Positions 25,301 through 37,300 of a DNA stretch of 64,000 nucleotides are shown here, piece after piece (position 1 is the stretch's first letter; each line of letters starts with the position of its first letter). This stretch comes from the human T2T-CHM13v2.0 reference genome, Homo sapiens. The notes beneath the pieces are model-generated. The model was not told the origin of the DNA. It did no database searches and saw only the letters and a list, made by a program, of their open reading frames with translations. The stretch lies in NCBI RefSeq assembly GCF_009914755.1, contig NC_060925.1, one strand, 5' to 3'. The translations under genes and the position numbers were made by a program.

Positions 25301-28300
25301 ACTAGACAGAATGATTCTCAGAAAATCTTTTGTGATGTGTGCGTTCAACTCACAGAGTTTAACTTTTCTTCTCATAGAGCAGTTAGGAAACACTCTGTTT
25401 GTAAAGTCTGCAAGTGGATATTCAGACCTCTTTGAGGCCTTCGTTGGAAACGGGATTTCTTCATATTGTGCTAGACAGAATAATTCTCAGTAACTTCCTT
25501 GTGTTGTGTGTATTCAACTCACAGAGTTGAAGGATCCTGTAAAGAGAGCAGGCATGAAACACTCTTTTTGCCGAATTTGCAAGTGGAGATTTCAGCCTCT
25601 TTGAGGTCAAGGGTAGAATAGGAAATATCTTCTTATAGAAACTAGACAGAATGATTCTCATAAACTCCTTTGTGATGTGTGCGTTCAACTCACAGAGTTT
25701 AACCTTTCTTTTCATAGAGTAGTTAGGAAACACTCTGTTTGTAAAGTCTGCAAGTGGATATTCAGACCTCCTTGAGGCCTTCGTTGGAAACTGGATTTCT
25801 TCATATTCTGCTAGACAGAAGAATTCTCAGTAACTTCCTTGTGTTGTGTTTATTCAACTCACAGAGTTGAATGATCCTTTACACAGAGGAGACTTGAAAC
25901 ACTCTTTTTGTGGAATTTGCAAGTGGAGATTTCAGCCGCTTTGAGGTCAATGGTAGAAAAGTAAATATCTTCGTATAAAGACTAGACAGAATGATTCTCA
26001 GAAACTCCTTTGTGATGTGTGCGTTCAACTCACAGAGTTTAACATTTCTGTTCATAGAGCAGTTAGGAAACACTCTGTTTGTAAAGTCTGCAAGTGGATA
26101 TTCAGACCTCCTTGAGGCCTTCGTTGGAAACGGGATTTCTTCATATTATGCTAGACAGAAGAATTCTCAGTAACTTCCTTGTGTTGTGTGTATTCAACTC
26201 ACAGAGTTGAACGATCCTTTACACAGAGCAGACTTGAAACATTCTTTTTGTGGAATTTGCAAGTGGAGATTTCAGCCGCTTTGAGGTCAATGGTAGAATA
26301 GGAAATATCTTCCTATAGAAACTAGACAGAACGATTCTCAGAAACTCCTTTGTGATGTGTGCGTTCAACTCACAGAGTTTAACCTTTCTTTTCATAGAGC
26401 AGTTAGGAAACACTCTGTTTGTAAAGTCTGCACGTGGAAATTTTGACCACTTAGAGGCCTTCGTTGGAAACGGGATTTTTTCATGTAAGACTAGACAGAA
26501 GAATTCCCAGTAACTTCCTTGTGTTGTGTGCATTCAACTCACAGAGTTGAACGTTCCCTTAGACAGAGCAGATTTGAAACACTCTATTTGTGCAATTTGC
26601 AAGTGTAGTTTTCAAGCTCTTTAAGGTCAACGGCAGAAAAGGAAATATCTTCGTTTCAAAACTAGACAGAATCATTCCCACAAACTGCGTTGTGATGTGT
26701 TCGTTCAACTCACAGAGTTTAACCTTTCTGTTCATAGAGCAGTTAGGAAACACTCTGTTTATAAAGTCTGTAAGTGGATATTCTGACATCTTGTGGCCTT
26801 CGTTGGAAACGGGATTTCTTCATATTCTGCTAGACAGAAGAATTCTCAGTAACTTCCTTGTGTTGTGTGTATTCAACTCACAGAGTTGAACGATCCTTTA
26901 CACAGAGCAGACTTGAAACACTCTTTTTGTGGAATTTGCAAGTGGAGATTTCAAGCGCTTTGGGGCCAAAGGCAGAAAAGGAAATATCTTCGTATAAAAA
27001 CTAGACAGAATCATTCTCAGAAACTGCTGCGTGATGTGTGCGTTCAACTCTCAGAGTTTAACTTTTCTTTTCATTCAGCGGTTTGGAAACACTCTGTTTG
27101 TAAAGTCTGCACGTGGAAATTTTGACCACTTAGAGGCCTTCGTTGGAAACGGGTTTTTTTCATGTAAGGCTAGACAGAAGAATTCCCAGTAACTTCCTTG
27201 TGTTGTGTGCATTCAACTCACAGAGTTGAACGTTCCCTTAGACAGAGCAGATTTGAAACACTCTATTTGTGCAATTTGCAAGTGTAGATTTCAAGCGCTT
27301 TAAGGTCAACGGCAGAAAAGGAAATATCTTCGTTTCAAAACTAGACAGAATCATTCCCACAAACTGCGTTGTGATGTGTTCGTTCAACTCACAGAGTTTA
27401 ACCTTTCTGTTCATAGAGCAGTTAGGAAACACTCTGTTTGTAAAGTCTGTAAGTGGATATTCTGACATCTTGTGGCCTTCGTTGGAAACGGGATTTCTTC
27501 ATATTCTGCTAGACAGAAGAATTCTCAGTAACTTCCTTGTGTTGTGTGTATTCAACTCACAGAGTTGAACGATCCTTTACACAGAGCAGACTTGAAACAC
27601 TCTTTTTGTGGAATTTGCAAGTGGAGATTTCAGCCGCTTTGAGGTCAATGGTAGAAAAGGAAACTATCTTCATATAAAGATTAGACAGAATGATTCTCAG
27701 AAAATCTTTTGTGATGTGTGCGTTCAACTCACAGAGTTTAACTTTTCTTCTCATAGAGCAGTTAGGAAACACTCTGTTTGTAAAGTCTGCAAGTGGATAT
27801 TCAGACCTCTTTGAGGTCTTCGTTGGAAACGGGATTTCTTCATATTATGCTAGACAGAATAATTCTCAGTAACTTCCTTGTGTTGTGTGTATTCAACTCA
27901 CAGAGTTGAAGGATCCTTTACAGAGAGCAGGCTTGAAACACTCTTTTTGTCGAATTTGCAAGTGGAGATTTCAGCCGCTTTGTGGTCAATGGTAGAATAG
28001 GAAATATCTTCTTATAGAAACTAGACAGAATGATTCTCATAAACTCCTTTGTGATGTGTGCGTTCAACTCACAGAGTTTAACCTTTCTTTTCATAGAGCA
28101 GTTAGGAAACACTCTGTTTGTAAAGTCTGCAAGTGGATATTCAGACCTCCTTGAGGCCTTCGTTGGAAACGGGATTTCTTCATATTCTGCTAGACAGAAG
28201 AATTCTCAGTAACTTCCTTGTGTTGTGTTTATTCAACTCACAGAGTTGAATGGTCCTTTACACAGAGCAGACTTGAAACACTCTTTTTGTGGAATTTGCA

Positions 28301-31300
28301 AGTGGAGATTTCAGCCGCTTTGAGGTCAATGGTAGAAAAGTAAATATCTTCCTATAAAGACTAGACAGAATGATTCTCAGAAACTCCTTTGTGATGTGTG
28401 CGTTCAACTCACAGAGTTTAACCTTTCTGTTCATAGAGCCGTTAGGAAACACACTGTTTGTAAAGTCTGCAAGTGGATATTCAGACCTCTTTGAGGCCTT
28501 CGTTGGAAACGGGATTTCTTCATATTATGCTAGACAGAATAATTCTCAGTAACTTCCTTGTGTTGTGTGTATTCAACTCACAGAGTGGAACGATCCTTTA
28601 CACAGAGCAGACTTGAAACATTCTTTTTGTGGAATTTGCAAGTGGAGATTTCAGCCGCTTTGAGGTCAATGGTAGAATAGGAAATATCTTCCTATAGAAA
28701 CTAGACAGAACGATTCTCAGAAACTCCTTTGTGATGTGTGCGTTCAACTCACAGAGTTTAACCTTTCTTTTCATAGAGCAGTTAGGAAACACTCTTTTTG
28801 TAAAGTCTGCAAGTGGATATTCAGACCTCCTTGAGGCCTTCGTTGGAAACGGGATTTCTTCATATTCTGCTAGACAGAAGAATTCTCAGTAACTTCCTTG
28901 TGTTGTGTTTATTCAACTCACAGAGTTGAATGATCCTTTACACAGAGCAGACTTGAAACACTCTTTTTGTGGAATTTGCAAGTGGAGGTTTCAGCCGCTT
29001 TGAGGTCAATGGTAGAAAAGTAAATATCTTCGTATAAAGACTAGACAGAATGATTCTCAGAAACTCCTTTGTGATGTGTGCGTTCAACTCACAGAGTTTA
29101 ACCTTTCTGTTCATAGAGCTGTTAGGAAACACTCTGTTTGTAAAGTCTGCAAGTGGATATTCAGACCTCCTTTAGGCCTTCGTTGGAAACGGGATTTCTT
29201 CATATTCTGCTAGACAGAAGAATTCTCAGTAACTTCCTTGTGTTGTGTGTATTCAACTCACAGAGTTGAACGATCCTTTACACAGAGCAGACTTGAAACA
29301 CTCTTTTTGTGGAATTTGCAAGTGGAGATTTCAGCCGCTTTGAGGTCAATAGTAGAAAAGGAAATATCTTCGTAGAAAAACTAGACAGAATGATTCTCAG
29401 AAACTCCTTTGTGATGTGTGTGTTCAACTCACAGAGTTTAACCTTTCTTTTCATAGAGCAGTTAGTAAACACTCTGTTTATAAAGTCTGCAAGTGGATAT
29501 TCAGACCCCTTTGAGGCCTTCGTTGGAAACGGGATTTCTTCATATTATGCTAGACAGAAGAATTCTCAGTAACTTCCTTGTGTTGTGTGTATTCAACTGA
29601 CAGAGTTGAACTTTCATTTAGAGAGAGCAGATTTGAAACACTGTTTTTGTGGAATTTGCAAGTGGAGATTTCAAGCGCTTTGGGGCCAAAGGCAGAAAAG
29701 GAAATATCTTCGTATAAAAACTAGACAGAATCATTCTCAGAAACTGCTGCGTGATGTGTGCGTTCAACTCTCAGAGTTTAACTTTTCTTTTCATTCAGCG
29801 GTTTGGAAACACTCTGTTTGTAAAGTCTGCACGTGGAAATTTTGACCACTTAGAGGCCTTCGTTGGAAACGGGTTTTTTTCATGTAAGGCTAGACAGAAG
29901 AATTCCCAGTAACTTCCTTGTGTTGTGTGCATTCAACTCACAGAGTTGAACGTTCCCTTAGACAGAGCAGATTTGAAACACTCTATTTGTGCAATTTGCA
30001 AGTGTAGATTTCAAGCGCTTTAAGGTCAACGGCAGAAAAGGAAATATCTTCGTTTCAAAACTAGACAGAATCATTCCCACAAACTGCGTTGTGATGTGTT
30101 CGTTCAACTCACAGAGTTTAACCTTTCTGTTCATAGAGCAGTTAGGAAACACTCTGTTTGTAAAGTCTGTAAGTGGATATTCTGACATCTTGTGGCCTTC
30201 GTTGGAAACGGGATTTCTTCATATTCTGCTAGACAGAAGAATTCTCAGTAACTTCCTTGTGTTGTGTGTATTCAACTCACAGAGTTGAATGATCCTTTAC
30301 ACAGAGCAGACTTGAAACACTCTTTTTGTGGAATTTGCAAGTGGAGATTTCAGCCGCTTTGAGGTCAATGGTAGAAAAGTAAATATCTTCGTATAAAGAC
30401 TAGACAGAATGATTCTTAGAAACTCCTTTGTGATGTGTGCGTTCAACTCACAGAGTTTAACCTTTCTGTTCATAGAGCAGTTAGGAAACACTCTGTTTGT
30501 AAAGTCTGCAAGTGGATATTCAGACCTCCTTTAGGCCTTCGTTGGAAACGGGATTTCTTCATATTCTGCTAGACAGAAGAATTCTCAGTAACTTCCTTGT
30601 GTTGTGTGTATTCAACTCACAGAGTTGAACAATCCTTTACACAGAGCAGACTTGAAACACTCTTTTTGTGGAATTTGGAAGTGGAGATTTCAGCCGCTTT
30701 GAGGTCAATGGTAGAAAAGGAAATATCTTCGTATAAAGACTAGACAGAATGATTCTCATAAACTCCTTTGTGATGTGTGCGTTCAACTCACAGAGTTTAA
30801 CTTTTCTTTTCATAGAGCAGTTAGGAAACACTCTGTTTGTAAAGTCTGCAAGTGGATATTCAGACCTCTTTGAGGCCTTCGTTGGAAACGGGATTTCTTC
30901 ATATTCTGCTAGACAGAAGAATTCTCAGTAACTTCCTTGTGTTGTGTGTATTCAACTCACAGAGTTGAACGATCCTTTACACAGAGCAGACTTGAAACAC
31001 TCTTTTTGTGGAATTTGCAAGTGGAGATTTCAGCCGCTTTGAGGTCAATGGTAGAAAAGGAAACTATCTTCATATAAAGACTAGACAGAATGATTCTCAG
31101 AAAATCTTTTGTGATGTGTGCGTTCAACTCACAGAGTTTAACTTTTCTTCTCATAGAGCAGTTAGGAAACACTCTGTTTGTAAAGTGTGCAAGTGGATAT
31201 TCAGACCTCTTTGAGGCCTTCGTTGGAAACGGGATTTCTTCATATTATGCTAGACAGAATAATTCTCAGTAACTTCCTTGTGTTGTGTGTATTCAACTCA

Positions 31301-34300
31301 CAGAGTTGAAGGATCCTTTACAGAGAGCAGGCTTGAAACACTCTTTTTGTCGAATTTGCAAGTGGAGATTTCAGCCGCTTTGAGGTCAATGGTAGAATAG
31401 GAAATATCTTCTTATAGAAACTAGACAGAATGATTCTCATGAACTCCTTTGTGATGTGTGCGTTGAACTCACAGAGTTTAACCTTTCTTTTCATAGAGCA
31501 GTTAGGAAACACTCTGTTTGTAAAGTCTGCAAGTGGATATTCAGACCTCCTTGAGGCCTTCGTTGGAAACGGGATTTCTTCATATTCTGCTAGACAGAAG
31601 AATTCTCAGTAACTTCCTTGTGTTGTGTTTATTCAACTCACAGATTTGAATGATCCTTTACACAGAGCAGACTTGAAACACTCTTTTTGTGTAATTTGCA
31701 AGTGGAGATTTCAGCCGATTTGAAGTCAATGGTAGAAAAGTAAATATCTTCGTATAAAGACTAGACAGAATGATTCTCAGAAACTCCTTTGTGATGTGTG
31801 CGTTCAACTCACAGAGTTTAACCTTTCTGTTCATAGAGCAGTTAGGAAACACTCTGTTTGTAAAGTCTGCAAGTGGATATTCAGACCTCCTTGAGGCCTT
31901 CGTTGGAAACGGGATTTCTTCATATTCTGCTAGACAGAAGAATTCTCAGTAACTTCCTTGTGTTGTGTGTATTCAACTCACAGAGTTGAACGATCCTTTA
32001 CACAGAGCAGACTTGAAACACTCTTTTTGTGGAATTTGCAAGTGGAGATTTCAAGCGCTTTGGGGCCAAAGGCAGAAAAGGAAATATCTTCGTATAAAAA
32101 CTAGACAGAATCATTCTCAGAAACTGCTGCGTGATGTGTGCGTTCAACTCTCAGAGTTTAACTTTTCTTTTCATTCAGCGGTTTGGAAACACTCTGTTTG
32201 TAAAGTCTGCACGTGGAAATTTTGACCACTTAGAGGCCTTCGTTGGAAACGGGATTTTTTCATGTAAGGCTAGACAGAAGAATTCCCAGTAACTTCCTTG
32301 TGTTGTGTGCATTCAACTCACAGAGTTGAACGTTCCCTTAGACAGAGCAGATTTGAAACACTCTATTTGTGCAATTTGCAAGTGTAGTTTTCAAGCTCTT
32401 TAAGGTCAACGGCAGAAAAGGAAATATCTTCGTTTCAAAACTAGACAGAATCATTCCCACAAACTGCGTTGTGATGTGTTCGTTCAACTCACAGAGTTTA
32501 ACCTTTCTGTTCATAGAGCAGTTAGGAAACACTCTGTTTGTAAAGTCTGCAAGTGGATATTCAGACCTCTTTGAGGCCTTCGTTGGAAACGGGATTTCTT
32601 CATATTCTGCTAGACAGAAGAATTCTCAGTAACTTCCTTGTGTTGCGTGTATTCAACTCACAGAGTTGAACGATCCTTTACACAGAGCAGACTTGAAACA
32701 TTCTTTTTGTGGAATTTGCAAGTGGAGATTTCAGCCGCTTTGAGGTCAATGGTAGAATAGGAAATATCTTCCTATAGAAACTAGACAGAACGATTCTCAG
32801 AAACTCCTTTGTGATGTGTGCGTTCAACTCACAGAGTTTAACCTTTCTTTTCATAGAGCAGTTAGGAAACTCTCTGTTTGTAAAGTCTGCAAGTGGATAT
32901 TCAGACCTCTTTGAGGCCTTCGTTGGAAACGGGATTTCTTCATATTCTGCTAGACAGAAGAATTCTCAGTAACTTCCTTGTGTTGTGTGTATTCAACTCA
33001 CAGAGTTGAGCGATCCTTTACACAGAGCAGACTTGAAACAGTCTTTTTGTGGAATTTGCAAGTGGAGATTTCAGCCGCTTTGAGGTCAATAGTAGAAAAG
33101 GAAATATCTTCGTAGAAAAACTAGACAGAATGATTCTCAGAAACTCCTTTGTGATGTGTGTGTTCATCTCACAGAGTTTAACCTTTCTTTTCATAGAGCA
33201 GTTAGTAAACACTCTGTTTATAAAGTCTGCAAGTGGATATTCAGACCCCTTTGAGGCCTTCGTTGGAAACGGGATTTCTTCATATTATGCTAGACAGAAG
33301 AATTCTCAGTAACTTCCTTGTGTTGTGTGTATTCAACTGACAGAGTTGAACTTTCATTTAGAGAGAGCAGATTTGAAACACTGTTTTTGTGGAATTTGCA
33401 AGTGGAGATTTCAAGCGCTTTGGGGCCAAAGGCAGAAAAGGAAATATCTTCGTATAAAAACTAGACAGAATCATTCTCAGAAACTGCTGCGTGATGTTTG
33501 CGTTCAACTCTCAGAGTTTAACTTTTCTTTTCATTCAGCGGTTTGGAAACACTCTGTTTGTAAAGTCTGCACGTGGAAATTTTGACCACTTAGAGGCCTT
33601 CTTTGGAAACGGGTTTTTTTCATGTAAGGCTAGACAGAAGAATTCCCAGTAACTTCCTTGTGTTGTGTGCATTCAACTCACAGAGTTGAACGTTCCCTTA
33701 GACAGAGCAGATTTGAAACACTCTATTTGTGCAATTTGCAAGTGTAGATTTCAAGCGCTTTAAGGTCAACGGCAGAAAAGGAAATATCTTCGTTTCAAAA
33801 CTAGACAGAATCATTCCCACAAACTGCGTTGTGATGTGTTCGTTCAACTCACAGAGTTTAACCTTTCTGTTCATAGAGCAGTTAGGAAACACTCTGTTTG
33901 TAAAGTCTGTAAGTGGATATTCTGACATCTTGTGGCCTTCGTTGGAAACGGGATTTCTTCATATTCTGCTAGACAGAAGAATTCTCAGTAACTTCCTTGT
34001 GTTGTGTGTATTCAACTCACAGAGTTGAACGATCCTTTACACAGAGCAGACTTGAAACACTCTTTTTGTGGAATTTGCAAGTGGAGATTTCAGCCGCTTT
34101 GAGGTCAATGGTAGAAAAGGAAACTATCTTCATATAAAGATTAGACAGAATGATTCTCAGAAAATCTTTTGTGATGTGTGCGTTCAACTCACAGACTTTA
34201 ACTTTTCTTCTCATAGAGCAGTTAGGAAACACTCTGTTTGTAAAGTCTGCAAGTGGATATTCAGACCTCTTTGAGGTCTTCGTTGGAAACGGGATTTCTT

Positions 34301-37300
34301 CATATTATGCTAGACAGAATAATTCTCAGTAACTTCCTTGTGTTGTGTGTATTCAACTCACAGAGTTGAAGGATCCTTTACAGAGAGCAGGCTTGAAACA
34401 CTCTTTTTGTCGAATTTGCAAGTGGAGATTTCAGCCGCTTTGTGGTCAATGGTAGAATAGGAAATATCTTCTTATAGAAACTAGACAGAATGATTCTCAT
34501 AAACTCCTTTGTGATGTGTGCGTTCAACTCACAGAGTTTAACCTTTCTTTTCATAGAGCAGTTAGGAAACACTCTGTTTGTAAAGTCTGCAAGTGGATAT
34601 TCAGACCTCCTTGAGGCCTTCGTTGGAAACGGGATTTCTTCATATTCTGCTAGACAGAAGAATTCTCAGTAACTTCCTTGTGTTGTGTTTATTCAACTCA
34701 CAGAGTTGAATGATCCTTTACACAGAGCAGACTTGAAACACTCTTTTTGTGGAATTTGCAAGTGGAGATTTCAGCCGCTTTGAGGTCAATGGTAGAAAAG
34801 TAAATATCTTCGTATAAAGACTAGACAGAATGATTCTCAGAAACTCCTTTGTGATGTGTGCGTTCAACTCACAGAGTTTAACCTTTCTGTTCATAGAGCC
34901 GTTAGGAAACACTCTGTTTGTAAAGTCTGCAAGTGGATATTCAGACCTCCTTGAGGCCTTCGTTGGAAACGGGATTTCTTCATATTCTGCTAGACAGAAG
35001 AATTCTCAGTAACTTCCTTGTGTTGTGTGTATTCAACTCACAGAGTTGAACGATCCTTTACACAGAGCAGACTTGAAACACTCTTTTTGTGGAATTTGCA
35101 AGTGGAGATTTCAGCCGCTTTGAGGTCAATGGTAGAAAAGGAAATATCTTCGTATAAAGACTAGACAGAATGATTCTCAGAAACTCCTTTGTGATGTGTG
35201 CGTTCAACTCACAGAGTTTAACTTTTCTTTTCATAGAGCCGTTAGGAAACACTCTGTTTGTAAAGTCTGCAAGTGGATATTCAGACGTCTTTGAGGCCTT
35301 CGTTGGAAACGGGATTTCTTCATATTATGCTAGACAGAGGAATTCTCAGTAACTTCCTTGTGTTGTGTGTATTCAACTCACAGAGTTGAACGATCCTTTA
35401 CACAGAGCAGACTTGAAACACTCTTTTTGTGGAATTTGCAAGTGGAGATTTCAAGCGCTTTGGGGCCAAAGGCAGAAAAGGAAATATCTTCGTATAAAAA
35501 CTAGACAGAATCATTCTCAGAAACTGCTGCGTGATGTGTGCGTTCAACTCTCAGAGTTTAACTTTTCTTTTCATTCAGCGGTTTGGAAACACTCTGTTTG
35601 TAAAGTCTGCACGTGGAAATTTTGACCACTTAGAGGCCTTCGTTGGAAACGGGATTTTTTCATGTAAGGCTAGACAGAAGAATTCCCAGTAACTTCCTTG
35701 TGTTGTGTGCATTCAACTCACAGAGTTGAACGTTCCCTTAGACAGAGCAGATTTGAAACACTCTATTTGTGCAATTTGCAAGTGTAGTTTTCAAGCTCTT
35801 TAAGGTCAACGGCAGAAAAGGAAATATCTTCGTTTCAAAACTAGACAGAATCATTCCCACAAACTGCGTTGTGATGTGTTCGTTCAACTCACAGAGTTTA
35901 ACCTTTCTGTTCATAGAGCAGTTAGGAAACACTCTGTTTGTAAAGTCTGTAAGTGGATATTCTGACATCTTGTGGCCTTCGTTGGAAACGGGATTTCTTC
36001 ATATTCTGCTAGACAGAAGAATTCTCAGTAACTTCCTTGTGTTGTGTGTATTCAACTCACAGAGTTGAACAATCCTTTACACAGAGCAGACTTGAAACAC
36101 TCTTTTTGTGGAATTTGCAAGTGGAGATTTCAGCCGCTTTGAGGTCAATGGTAGAAAAGGAAATATCTTCGTATAAAGACTAGACAGAATGATTCTCATA
36201 AACTCCTTTGTGATGTGTGCGTTCAACTCACAGAGTTTAACTTTTCTTTTCATAGAGCAGTTAGGAAACACTCTGTTTGTAAAGTCTGCAAGTGGATATT
36301 CAGACCTCTTTGAGGCCTTCGTTGGAAACGGGATTTCTTCATATTCTGCTAGACAGAAGAATTCTCAGTAACTTCCTTGTGTTGCGTGTATTCAACTCAC
36401 AGAGTTGAACGATCCTTTACACAGAGCAGACTTGAAACATTCTTTTTGTGGAATTTGCAAGTGGAGATTTCAGCCGCTTTGAGGTCAATGGTAGAATAGG
36501 AAATATCTTCCTATAGAAACTAGACAGAACGATTCTCAGAAACTCCTTTGTGATGTGTGCGTTCAACTCACAGAGTTTAACCTTTCTTTTCATAGAGCAG
36601 TTAGGAAACTCTCTGTTTGTAAAGTCTGCAAGTGGATATTCAGACCTCTTTGAGGCCTTCGTTGGAAACGGGATTTCTTCATATTCTGCTAGACAGAAGA
36701 ATTCTCAGTAACTTCCTTGTGTTGTGTGTATTCAACTCACAGAGTTGAGCGATCCTTTACACAGAGCAGACTTGAAACAGTCTTTTTGTGGAATTTGCAA
36801 GTGGAGATTTCAGCCGCTTTGAGGTCAATAGTAGAAAAGGAAATATCTTCGTAGAAAAACTAGACAGAATGATTCTCAGAAACTCCTTTGTGATGTGTGT
36901 GTTCATCTCACAGAGTTTAACCTTTCTTTTCATAGAGCAGTTAGTAAACACTCTGTTTATAAAGTCTGCAAGTGGATATTCAGACCCCTTTGAGGCCTTC
37001 GTTGGAAACGGGATTTCTTCATATTATGCTAGACAGAAGAATTCTCAGTAACTTCCTTGTGTTGTGTGTATTCAACTGACAGAGTTGAACTTTCATTTAG
37101 AGAGAGCAGATTTGAAACACTGTTTTTGTGGAATTTGCAAGTGGAGATTTCAAGCGCTTTGGGGCCAAAGGCAGAAAAGGAAATATCTTCGTATAAAAAC
37201 TAGACAGAATCATTCTCAGAAACTGCTGCGTGATGTGTGCGTTCAACTCTCAGAGTTTAACTTTTCTTTTCATTCAGCGGTTTGGAAACACTCTGTTTGT

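Larger units (their letters stand above)
1..26400 (+). repeat. Left sub-domain: irregular HOR structural variants, more private SNVs
   Basis: B-to-B spacings are 2039, 2721, 4421, 2040, 3400, 2040, 3396, 2377, 1361, 2380 bp (4-13 dimers). Contains many singleton substitutions, small indels and six of seven broken CENP-B boxes. Confidence 0.75.
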
